Source of the DNA: an uncultured Christensenellaceae bacterium
GTDB lineage: Bacteria; Bacillota; Clostridia; Christensenellales; UBA3700
Direction of reading: 5' to 3'
Length of the DNA stretch: 64,000 bases
NCBI GenBank assembly: GCA_944381345.1
Contig: CALWKU010000080.1
Coordinates: forward strand, 2,891 to 66,890
The notes beneath the pieces were generated by a model. That model saw only the letters and a list, made by a program, of their open reading frames with translations, was not told where the DNA came from and searched no databases. Position numbers and translations under genes: made by a program. Each line of letters starts with the position of its first letter. Positions within the stretch are counted from its first letter, which is position 1. Positions 18,986 through 27,416 of this stretch are shown one piece after another.

Positions 18986-20926
18986 ATGAGAGAAAGAGCT
19001 CAAAATTTGTGGCTCACCGTCAGAAGGTATTGGCAGCGTCCCAAGCGCGGCGACGAAGTCGCGTATAAGGAGATTGCGGCGTTCAGCATTGGCTCAATGG
19101 GACTTAAAGGCTACGGCTCTTTGATGACCAGTTACATTCAAATGGCGGCGACGTGCCTTCTCACGGGCACCGTGTACGGACTCAGCCCGACGTATATAAT
19201 GATCCTGTACATCATTACAAACGTCGTCGGAGTGATCAAGACACCGTTCATAAGTATGCTGATCGACAACACCAACACGCCGATCGGCAAGTTCAGACCC
19301 TACATAATTTGGGCGGGCATTCCGAGCGTGCTTGCGCTTGTCGGATTGACATGGGGCGTGCCGCTCGACGCGTCTCCGATCGTCAAAGCCGTGCTGATAG
19401 GCGTTTTCTACAACCTGCTCAGCATCTCACAGCCGCTTGCCGCTAACGCGCAGGTAGGGCTTTCACAGGTCATCAGCTCCAACTCGGCGGAACGTTCGAG
19501 GATATTGGGCTTTTCGGAACTTTTGGGCAATCTCGGTCCAAGTATCATCCAGCTTTTGCTGCCGTCGATCGGAGGCATAATCTATGGCGACGACGCGATG
19601 ACCAATATTTGGACATACCGTATCCTTATTCCGATCTTCGGCGTAGGTTCGCTTGCGATGAGCCTGTTCGCACTCTATTTCGCGCAAGAGCGCGCAGTCG
19701 TGCCGAGACTCAAGGTAAATAAGATCAAATTCACCGAGGGCATGAAGATACTGTCCAAAAATCGAGAATTTTGGGCGATCACGGTCACGCGCTTTTTTGA
19801 CAGTTTCAAGACTTCGCTCGTCGCGCTTTTGCCGTGGGTATGCACTTATCAATTGGGCAAGAGCAGTTTGCTCGGAATTACGCAAACAATCGTGTCCGTC
19901 GGCTTTACGCCGGGCATAATTTTGGCACCTCTCCTTATCTCTAAATTAGGTACTCGCAAGGCCGGACTTACTTTCTGTCTTGCCAATTGCATAGCGGCGC
20001 TCATCATGTTCTTTACATTCAAGCAGGGCTTTGTGTTCTTTGTCATATCGCTGTTCATCTTCAATTTCGCAGACGGACCGCAATATATAATCCAAACGAC
20101 GATCATGTCGGACGGTCTCGACGCCCAGCAGGATATTACAGGTGAAAGAATAGAGGGCTTTGCTCAAAATTTTCAGACATTGGTCACGACGATCGGCGGC
20201 GTGCTGTCTACATTCTTGTTTACTTGGGTCTATGAATCCAACGGACTCGTAGCAGATCCCGCCACCGGAGAGACCGATTATGAGATCTTGAAAAATGCGG
20301 AGATCAGAGAACCGATAATCTCGACGATAATTTTGATAGCAATGGCGGCAAGTTTCCTCGCCGCAGTTCCGTATCTGATGGTCAGACTCGATCGCAAGAG
20401 AATGGCGGTCATCCGCGAGTCGCTCACGCGGAAAAAAGTCATAGCCGACGCCGGATTGAAAGACGCTACCGAAGAAGAGCAGCAGGCGGCATATGACGCC
20501 TACCTCGCCGAAAAGGAGAAAGAAGAAGAGCGCAACAAAGCGATAGTTGAGCGCGAAAAAGAAGAACTGCGTCAAAAGAACGAAGAGCGTGCGGCAAAAG
20601 CTGCGGCATTTGAGACAAAGATCGCTGAGTTTGAGCAGGAATCGCGCGCAAAAGGAATGTCCGAAAAGGAGATCGCTAAAGGCGTAAAGGAGATCCGTAA
20701 AGAGGTAAAACGTCAAAAAGCCGCCGCAAGAAAGGAGACGTTTGATAAATTGCGCGCGGATCAAAAGGAATTGAACAGGAGACGCAAGGCGTTTTGTATC
20801 GTTTGGATAGGCAACGCCAAAGCGGAGGGCAAAAAGAAGTGGCTGCGTGTGCTTGCAAGGGAGGCATTTGCGCGGAAACTCGCCGAAGAAAGCCTGCAAA
20901 TGCCCGAAGAAGAGGAAACGATCTGA
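18986..20926 (+). CDS. GPH/MFS-type cation symporter with a long charged C-terminal coiled-coil extension
   Basis: It has about 12 TM segments and the GPH-like motif DNTNTPIGKFRPYI. The last ~175 aa are K/E/A-rich (EKEKEEERNKAIVEREKEELRQKNEERAAKAAAFE...). Confidence 0.8.
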   Translation: MRERAQNLWLTVRRYWQRPKRGDEVAYKEIAAFSIGSMGLKGYGSLMTSYIQMAATCLLTGTVYGLSPTYIMILYIITNVVGVIKTPFISMLIDNTNTPIGKFRPYIIWAGIPSVLALVGLTWGVPLDASPIVKAVLIGVFYNLLSISQPLAANAQVGLSQVISSNSAERSRILGFSELLGNLGPSIIQLLLPSIGGIIYGDDAMTNIWTYRILIPIFGVGSLAMSLFALYFAQERAVVPRLKVNKIKFTEGMKILSKNREFWAITVTRFFDSFKTSLVALLPWVCTYQLGKSSLLGITQTIVSVGFTPGIILAPLLISKLGTRKAGLTFCLANCIAALIMFFTFKQGFVFFVISLFIFNFADGPQYIIQTTIMSDGLDAQQDITGERIEGFAQNFQTLVTTIGGVLSTFLFTWVYESNGLVADPATGETDYEILKNAEIREPIISTIILIAMAASFLAAVPYLMVRLDRKRMAVIRESLTRKKVIADAGLKDATEEEQQAAYDAYLAEKEKEEERNKAIVEREKEELRQKNEERAAKAAAFETKIAEFEQESRAKGMSEKEIAKGVKEIRKEVKRQKAAARKETFDKLRADQKELNRRRKAFCIVWIGNAKAEGKKKWLRVLAREAFARKLAEESLQMPEEEETI

Positions 20927-20937
20927 TATCGCAAAGG

Positions 20938-20976
20938 CAGACAAAAGCCCCGCGCTGACCGCGGGGCTTTTGTCTG
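20938..20976 (+). terminator. Long-stem terminator after the transporter
   Basis: CAGACAAAAGCCCCGCG, a 5-nt loop, then CGCGGGGCTTTTGTCTG, giving a 17-bp stem. Confidence 0.75.
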
Positions 20977-21123
20977 CAATATCTGGTCGGCGGAGCATGG
21001 CGGAAAAACGCTGCAGCCGCAAGCCGGATGTCGGCCGATGCAGCGAAAATTTCGATGCGAGGTGTGCTGTCGGGCGCAAAGCGAGGTAAGCCGACTCGAA
21101 TTATTAACTTATGCGCCCAAAAT

Positions 21124-21153
21124 GCCGCCGCGCGTCTTAAATTGCGCGGCGGC
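21124..21153 (-). terminator. GC hairpin with a T-run on the minus strand. It may be the terminator for the GNAT locus.
   Basis: GCCGCCGCGC-N10-GCGCGGCGGC forms a perfect 10-bp stem. The minus strand continues ATTTTGGG. Confidence 0.45.
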
Positions 21154-21339
21154 GATCGGAGCGAGAGACGTTCGTAGGCGTTCAAAATGCGGCGGACATC
21201 TGCAATAATTGTCTCAGTAGCGCCATTATATCGGTCGGAGTATGACAAGGGAAACATATCGGCGTAAGCTGCTCATTATTTATAAGGGAATTATTTTGGC
21301 GGAATTGCCCGTCGGGAACGGGAGGCAAGGCGTTTAATC

Positions 21340-21855
21340 TTATAGATCTTTTCTCATGATGCGATCGGTCTGTCTGTAGTTGCCCCAAAAGAATACGTGT
21401 GATCAGATCGTATAAAAGCCGTTGCGCTTGTAGAAGCGCAATGCGCGCCCGTTGTTCTCCCAAACTCCGAGCCATATATGATCTTTTCAGTGCAGTCTTG
21501 CGAGATCCGACGCGTAATCCAACATATATTTACCCAAGCCTTTGCAGTAAAATTCTTTTGTTATATACAGGCGTTCGATTTCTGCAGACCGCGCGTCGTT
21601 AAAATCCGTTTGCGCGGGAGGAAAGATGATTTTGAGGCATCCGCACAAAATATTTTTGAAAAACATAAGATAAAATTCCGAGTTTGCATTATTCAATTCC
21701 GACAGAAGTTTTCTCTTGTTGAATGCGGAATCAAGATACAATGCCATGTTATCCTTCGAGTTGAACGGCGCAAAAGTTTGAGTATATGTGATTATAGATA
21801 AGTTGCGAAGCGCATCGATGTCGGAAACCGTGCATTTTTTCAAATAACAGTCCAT
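21340..21855 (-). pseudogene. GNAT-family N-acetyltransferase interrupted by two in-frame TGA codons
   Basis: It is a single 172-codon frame. The 122-aa ORF ends ..EIERLYITKEFYCKGLGKYMLDYASDLARLH, then TGA (21487-21489). It continues KDHIWLGVWENNGRALRFYKRNGFYTI, then TGA (21403-21405), then SHVFFWGNYRQTDRIMRKDL and TAA. The locus is AT-rich. Confidence 0.8.
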
Positions 21856-22767
21856 AAATTTGTACTAATGACAGTATATACGATTCGAGCGTAATAGTCG
21901 AACGTGAAAGTGTATAAACGCCATTGAGTTGACGCAATCTGCGCATATGAATGTATATCTTCAAAAATTATTTGGCTGTATTATCAAAATATTGCGGTAT
22001 TACAATCATCTTGTGCAACATATTACAAATATAATAATACACAAGTGTAGAAGAATCCAAAAAACTTGTTGTGAAACAAATTTTCAAAACATTCGATATC
22101 GCATGTAAAAACAAAAAATATTGAAATTATAGACGTATTGAAGTTGAAAACCCTGAAAACATACTTGTGAAACAAAATCTCGTGATTGTTATTGAGGATG
22201 CGTAATAAAACTTGTTCCAACAAACTGTAATATTATTATAAATTAAACAATCAATTATTATATTAATTTTATCAATATAATAATTGGGACTATCGGACAA
22301 AACGCAAATTAAACATCTGATTGTCTAGTATTAATCATATGTAGAATATAACCCAAAAACTTCCGGCAGACATTGGGGAGCAGGCGTTGTCGATAGTTCA
22401 TGCTTGCGGCAGAATAGAGCGATATACCGCAACAAATGTAGATCGCCGAACATTTACTGCGGTTTTCAGACATATACCCGGATATCGTAAGGATAGGTAA
22501 AACAATTAAAACTTTGTTATTCCCGAGCGATTGTACGAATAACGATCGCGTAAGTTCAGCTTTTTCCGGATCCGTTATTTGTCGGATAGACCGTTTGTAA
22601 TAGTCGATCGATCGCGTCAAAGCAAGTTGCGGGACTCAATATGTTCAGCGTGTCGTTAAGCGGTTTTCCTATATCAAAACAAAGCAAAAATCGCGCATTT
22701 CCGCAATTTTGCGTCACTGCGTCTCGGCTATACTGTTATTTGCCCTTCGGGGAGATTGGAGGACGAA

Positions 22768-23076
22768 ATGCAGGTCAAATTTGCCGAATATGCCGATGCT
22801 ACCGTCGTCAGATTGGACGGAGAACTTGACGAACATACCGCCGCGCAAGTGCGCCAGGCGGTCGATATGGCTATCGATATGTGCAGACAAAAGACTTTTG
22901 TCTTTGATTTTTCTTCGCTGTCTTTTATGGACAGTACGGGTATCGGTATACTGCTCGGAAGATACAAAAAACTGAAAGCAAAGGGTATAGTTCCCAAGAT
23001 TTATGCTCCGAATCGTCAGGTGGACAAGATCTTGCAGATGGCGGGGATATACGCGATCATCAAAAAGACAAGTTGA
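22768..23076 (+). CDS. spoIIAA: Anti-sigma-F factor antagonist SpoIIAA
   Basis: It has a STAS domain with the phospho-serine context FMDSTGIG. GGAGG lies 5 nt before ATG 22768, so the track's TTG at 22756 is unlikely. Confidence 0.93.
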   Translation: MQVKFAEYADATVVRLDGELDEHTAAQVRQAVDMAIDMCRQKTFVFDFSSLSFMDSTGIGILLGRYKKLKAKGIVPKIYAPNRQVDKILQMAGIYAIIKKTS

Positions 23077-23085
23077 GAGGTGATA

Positions 23086-23520
23086 ATGAAAAACGAACTG
23101 AAAATGACGATCAGCGCGGACATTGCTAACGATTCCTTTGTTCGCAGCAGCGTAGCGGCGTTTTGTTTGCCGCTCGATCCCACTCTGGACGGGATTGAGG
23201 ATATAAAGACCGTGGTTTCCGAGGCGTTTACCAACAGCGTCGTTCACGGATACGACAACGACAAGTCAAAGAAAGTGGATTTATACGTCTGTTTGGAGGG
23301 CTGTCAATTGGAAATAATCGTCGAGGACCGCGGATGCGGGATCGCCGATGTCGACAAGGCGATGCAGCCGTTTTTTACGACTAAGCCTGAGCAGGAGCGC
23401 AGCGGTATGGGGTTTACGCTCATGAGTACTTTTATGGACGGGATCAAAGTGACCTCCGAGGTCGGAAAAGGGACGCGGGTATGTATGACCAAGAAGATCG
23501 TTGAGGCGAAACATGCTTGA
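23086..23520 (+). CDS. spoIIAB: Anti-sigma-F factor / serine kinase SpoIIAB
   Basis: The HATPase_c motifs EAFTNSVVHGY, EDRGCGI and ERSGMGFTLM are present, with a GAGAGG SD. Confidence 0.93.
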   Translation: MKNELKMTISADIANDSFVRSSVAAFCLPLDPTLDGIEDIKTVVSEAFTNSVVHGYDNDKSKKVDLYVCLEGCQLEIIVEDRGCGIADVDKAMQPFFTTKPEQERSGMGFTLMSTFMDGIKVTSEVGKGTRVCMTKKIVEAKHA

Positions 23521-24235
23521 CAGAGAGTCTACTCTCGAATATATTAAAGCGGCACAGGCGGGCGACGAGCAAGCAAAAGAGCAGTTAATCGTTCACAATA
23601 TGCCGCTGATTAAGTCGATCGTAGCGCGCTATCGCGGCAATGCGACCGAATACGAAGATCTGCTGCAATTGGGCAGTATGGGGCTGGTCAAAGCGATTAA
23701 CAACTTCGATGTCGGCTATAATGTGCGGTTTTCGACTTATGCCGTGCCGATGATCGCGGGAGAGATCAAGAGGTTTATACGCGACGACGGAGCGATCAAG
23801 GTCAGCCGTGCGCTCAAAACTTTGTCCATGGCGCTCAAAAAGGAGATAGAATCGTATCGATTGACTAACGGCGAAGCGCCGAGCGCGGAATATCTCGCGC
23901 AAAAGTTTTCGGTTACGCCGCAAGAAGTAGTGTTTGCGCTCGACAGCAGCAAATATCCGGTCTCGTTGTACGAAAAATTTGACGACGAAGGCAATCAAAG
24001 CGTGATCGACAAGCTGCCTTCGGATGAAAACGGAGACAATATAGACGACAAAATTTTGTTAAAAGAAGCTATTTCGACATTGCCCGAACGCGAGAAAAAA
24101 GTGCTGATTTTGAGATATTATAGGGATAAGACGCAGAGCGAGATAGCAAAAATTCTCGGAGTTTCGCAAGTTCAAGTGTCGCGTATAGAGAGCAAAGTCA
24201 TATCAATTTTGAAGAAAAAGTTTGGAAAAGAATAA
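23513..24235 (+). CDS. sigF: Sporulation sigma factor sigma-F
   Basis: It is the third gene of the spoIIA operon and overlaps the spoIIAB stop. It carries DLLQLGSMGLVKAINNFD, FSTYAVPMIAGEIKRFIRD and VSQVQVSRIE. Confidence 0.92.
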   Translation: MLDRESTLEYIKAAQAGDEQAKEQLIVHNMPLIKSIVARYRGNATEYEDLLQLGSMGLVKAINNFDVGYNVRFSTYAVPMIAGEIKRFIRDDGAIKVSRALKTLSMALKKEIESYRLTNGEAPSAEYLAQKFSVTPQEVVFALDSSKYPVSLYEKFDDEGNQSVIDKLPSDENGDNIDDKILLKEAISTLPEREKKVLILRYYRDKTQSEIAKILGVSQVQVSRIESKVISILKKKFGKE

Positions 24236-24386
24236 CATATGTCTGCCGTTTGGTCGGCGTTTTGTATTATCGCGCCTCGCTTGCCCATAATAACGATATG
24301 GCAAACGGTGAAGATCTTGTGATAAGGCGTAATCGTGAAGATAAAGAACTTGTCTTTGGCGACAGGACGCGAACGGAGCGAAGAAG

Positions 24387-24833
24387 ATGATCGGGCGGCA
24401 GGAATATACCGCTCTCGTCAGGCAGGCGTCGCCAAGGACCAATGAGGCAAAGACGCTGTTTGCCGCGTTTTGCGTAGGCGGGATCATATGTATGATAGGA
24501 CAGGCGGTCTCGGATGTCTTTACCGAGTTTTTACCTCTCGATGAAAAGTCGATAGCCGCTTTGACCGGAATGACGATGATCTTTTTGGGCGCATTGCTGA
24601 CGGGCGTGGGGGTTTATGACAAAATAGGCTATCATGCCGGAGCGGGTTCGATAGTACCAATCACGGGATTTGCAAACTCGATTGTGTCGCCGGCTATGGA
24701 ATTTCACAGCGAAGGAATTATCTTCGGTATGATGGCGCGAATGTTCGGCGTCGCGGGACCGATAATCGTTTCGGGCGTATGTTCGAGCGTCGTCGTAGGG
24801 GCAATATATTACTTAGTCGGAGTGGCGGTATGA
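24387..24833 (+). CDS. spoVAC: Stage V sporulation protein AC
   Basis: The pattern ..FAAFCVGGIICMIGQ.. and ITGFANSIVSPAMEF matches SpoVAC, with four TM segments. Confidence 0.9.
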   Translation: MIGRQEYTALVRQASPRTNEAKTLFAAFCVGGIICMIGQAVSDVFTEFLPLDEKSIAALTGMTMIFLGALLTGVGVYDKIGYHAGAGSIVPITGFANSIVSPAMEFHSEGIIFGMMARMFGVAGPIIVSGVCSSVVVGAIYYLVGVAV

Positions 24834-25837
24834 AGATCGGTGCTCAGACATATCTGCCTCAAAGACGCGCATTTATCTCGCTCGTAGCCGACATTGCGGG
24901 AAGCGACGAGGCGCTCGGCAATTTGCGCGAATATATCGATACGGCTATAGATTGCGGCGAATGGGGCTGTTCTTCACATGAAAAAACCGAGACGAGAATG
25001 CGCGAAGAGATCATACGTTCGCTTTTGGAAAAGGCGCGGCTCGAACCTAAAGACATTGATTGTCTTATGGGCGGCGATCTTGTCAATCAGATAGTGCCGA
25101 GTACGTTTTCGGCGCGCAGTTTCGATATTCCGTTTTACGGATTGTATTGCGCGTGCGCAACGTTCGGTCAGGCGTTGTCTGCAGCGGCGGAGGCGGTCGG
25201 AGCGGGCATGAACAATGTAATATGCTGCACAAGTTCGCATTTTGCGACCGCGGAGAGGCAATATCGCTTTCCGCTCGAATTGGGTACTCAGCCTACGCCT
25301 ACATCTCAGCGCACCGTGACGGGAGCGGGCGCGGTGCTGGTGTCCGCATATCCGCCTAAGTGGCGTTGTCCCGAGATCACCGCATATACTTTGGGTAAAA
25401 TAGTAGATCTCGGTTGTGAGGATGTCAACAATATGGGCGCGGCTATGGCGCCCGCGGCGTTCGATACGATCCGCGCGCATCTGCGCGAGACGGGGAGAGA
25501 CGAAAGCTATTACGATATGATCGTCACAGGCGACCTTGGGAGGCTCGGACGTGAACTTCTGGTAGAATTGATGCAAAAGGATGGCGTCGGAGAGGGTAAA
25601 AACGTCAATGACTGCGGGTGTATGGTCTTTGCGCCGGGACAGAAATGCGGTCTCGGAGGTTCGGGTGCGGGGTGTAGTAGTTTGGTTTATTGTGCGTATT
25701 TGCACAAATTGCTCGTATCGGGGCAGTTGAACAGACTGTTGCTGGCGCCGACGGGCGCGCTGCTGTCAAAGGATTCGTCTCTTCAGGGCGAAAGTATCCC
25801 CGGCATTGCATATGCCGTCGCTATAGAGTGCAGGTGA
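24830..25837 (+). CDS. spoVAD: Stage V sporulation protein AD
   Basis: It has a thiolase-like fold (GGDL.NQI....FYGLYCACATFGQ). ATG 24830 overlaps the spoVAC stop (ATGA), so the longer track ORF from 24779 is a frame run-on. Confidence 0.9.
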   Translation: MKIGAQTYLPQRRAFISLVADIAGSDEALGNLREYIDTAIDCGEWGCSSHEKTETRMREEIIRSLLEKARLEPKDIDCLMGGDLVNQIVPSTFSARSFDIPFYGLYCACATFGQALSAAAEAVGAGMNNVICCTSSHFATAERQYRFPLELGTQPTPTSQRTVTGAGAVLVSAYPPKWRCPEITAYTLGKIVDLGCEDVNNMGAAMAPAAFDTIRAHLRETGRDESYYDMIVTGDLGRLGRELLVELMQKDGVGEGKNVNDCGCMVFAPGQKCGLGGSGAGCSSLVYCAYLHKLLVSGQLNRLLLAPTGALLSKDSSLQGESIPGIAYAVAIECR

Positions 25838-25840
25838 GCC

Positions 25841-26215
25841 ATGATATTGGAGTTGATGGGAAAATACGGCAGAGTCTTTCTGTGCGGAGGACTTGTATGT
25901 CTGATAGGTCAATTGCTGATAAACAAGACAAAGATGACCTCTGCAAGAATATTGGTCACGTTTTTGTTGGCGGGAGTAATTCTCGAAGCCGTCGGAGTCT
26001 TTGAGTATATCGAAGAATTTGCTTTGGCGGGAGCGACGATCCCGATAACGGGATTCGGTAAGTCGCTCGCCGCCGGCGCGATCGAGGGAGCTCGGATAGG
26101 CTTGTTCGAGGCGTGTACCTACGGTATGCGCGCGGTGGCGGGAGGATTGACTGCGGCGATAGTATTCGGATTCGTATTTGCGCTGTTATTCAGGTCAAAG
26201 TCAAAGACGGCATAG
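25841..26215 (+). CDS. spoVAE: Stage V sporulation protein AE (SpoVAEb-like)
   Basis: It has small TM segments, shares the PITGFG motif with SpoVAC, and follows spoVAD directly. Confidence 0.88.
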   Translation: MILELMGKYGRVFLCGGLVCLIGQLLINKTKMTSARILVTFLLAGVILEAVGVFEYIEEFALAGATIPITGFGKSLAAGAIEGARIGLFEACTYGMRAVAGGLTAAIVFGFVFALLFRSKSKTA

Positions 26216-26475
26216 CCGGCAGTTTGGCGTGAACGAACGCATCCGTTCGATAAAACGAAGAAAATGATATTATTTAGCGATAACGGTACGACTGTGGCGT
26301 AATTTAATTAAATTATTCTATTCTCGGCATTAATTTGTAGCAATATATTACTATTGATGATCAAATTGCTGTCGAATGACCGATCTGTTTCGTCGCTTTC
26401 AAACGTAAACGTAAGATCTGCAAACGCAGGTGCAGCTGCCGACGGGCAACAATAAACCGCTCTCGTCATATCATA

Positions 26476-27144
26476 TTGAGTATGAGGGCGCGCAAGAAGG
26501 CAAAGATCTGCATAGCCGTGATAGTAGTCCTTACGACGGTCATCGGCGGACTGTTTTATTTTCGCGGCAATATCGTGCCTCTTGTAACCGATACAGCTTA
26601 CAACACGGTGTGGAGCAAGACCGTCGAAGCGCTCAATACCGCGTACGAAAAGACTACTGTCGATATGGATGCGGCGAATTATGAAAATTTTGTGACCGTA
26701 GTGCGCGACGATTCGGGCAATGTCGAGATGCTGTCGGTCAATATGCTCTACGTCAACAAGGTGATGAGCAACATTAGCACAATAATACAAAATGAAATGA
26801 ACGCGCTGCTGTTTGACGGAGTAAACGTTCCGCTCGGCGCGTTTTCGGGCATTGTGTTGCTTGGCGAACACGGACTCGACGTCAATCTTGAGATCATGAC
26901 GGTGGGGCTTGCGGAGTGCAGTTTCCGCACGGAATTTATGAGCGTTGGAATAAATCAGGTGCTTCACAGCATCTATATCGATATTACCGCCTACGCGCAG
27001 GTCATATTGCCTTTGGAGAGCAGTAACGTGGAGTGCAGTTCGTCGCTTTTGCTCGCGGAGAACGTGATTGTAGGCGATGTGCCCGAATTTATCATTCAAA
27101 ATGCCGGGAGTATTGATTTTTCCACGATAAAAGAGTTGCCATAA
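26476..27144 (+). CDS. yunB: Sporulation protein YunB
   Basis: It has an N-terminal TM segment and the YunB-family pattern (NMLYVNKV.SNI...IQNEM..., VPLG.FSG..LLG..G..V.L, INQV.H.IY). The start is either TTG 26476 or ATG 26482. CATATCAT (sigma-E -10-like) lies just upstream. Confidence 0.8.
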   Translation: MSMRARKKAKICIAVIVVLTTVIGGLFYFRGNIVPLVTDTAYNTVWSKTVEALNTAYEKTTVDMDAANYENFVTVVRDDSGNVEMLSVNMLYVNKVMSNISTIIQNEMNALLFDGVNVPLGAFSGIVLLGEHGLDVNLEIMTVGLAECSFRTEFMSVGINQVLHSIYIDITAYAQVILPLESSNVECSSSLLLAENVIVGDVPEFIIQNAGSIDFSTIKELP

Positions 27145-27149
27145 AGTTA

Positions 27150-27406
27150 AAAATGCGCTAAAATAATGTAAAAGCTACGACGGAGAACATGCCCGCAACA
27201 TCGTTCCGACAGAGAATGCGCCCCATCGGCTGAAAGGGCGCTGCGGCAACTGTGCGGGGAATTCGCTCCCGAGCTCGATCGCCGAAAGCAGAGTAAGCGT
27301 TCGCGGTTTGACCCGTTACGGTCTCAAGAGGTCCGCGTCTTATGCGGACGAAATTAGGTGGTACAGCGTGACAACGCCCTATACGAAAGTATGGGGCGCA
27401 TTTTTT
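27150..27406 (+). promoter_or_regulatory. T-box riboswitch leader (Phe) controlling pheS-pheT
   Basis: The conserved T-box sequence AAATTAGGTGGTACAGCG is at 27351-27368. A terminator follows at 27375-27406 (10-bp stem, GAAA loop, T6). Stem-I-like AGAGA/GAAAG elements are present, and a candidate UUC specifier is at 27262-27264. Confidence 0.85.
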
Positions 27407-27416
27407 CGGAGGTATT

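Noticed and set aside
20962-20982. The 16-nt identity GCTTTTGTCTGCAATA, shared by the 3' flanks of the transporter terminator (20966-20981) and the pheT terminator (30876-30891).
   Set aside because: About one chance 16-mer match is expected in a 64-kb window when both strands are considered. Only the first copy has the complementary 5' arm, and nothing else around the two sites is similar.
20986-21095. A GC-rich, highly self-complementary patch (GTCGGC...GCCGAC closing stem, inner CGCTGCA/TGCAGCG stem) that looked riboswitch-like.
   Set aside because: No plus-strand gene lies downstream for about 1.7 kb. It matches no riboswitch consensus I can recall (fluoride, ZTP, guanidine and c-di-GMP were considered). 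It may be a remnant of host DNA beside the AT-rich island. An Infernal scan would settle the question.
21403-21489. Selenocysteine or programmed read-through as an explanation for the two in-frame TGA codons in the GNAT gene.
   Set aside because: No SECIS-like hairpin follows either TGA. GNAT enzymes are not selenoproteins, and both positions align with structural Gly rather than Cys. I judge pseudogenisation or foreign-code origin more plausible.
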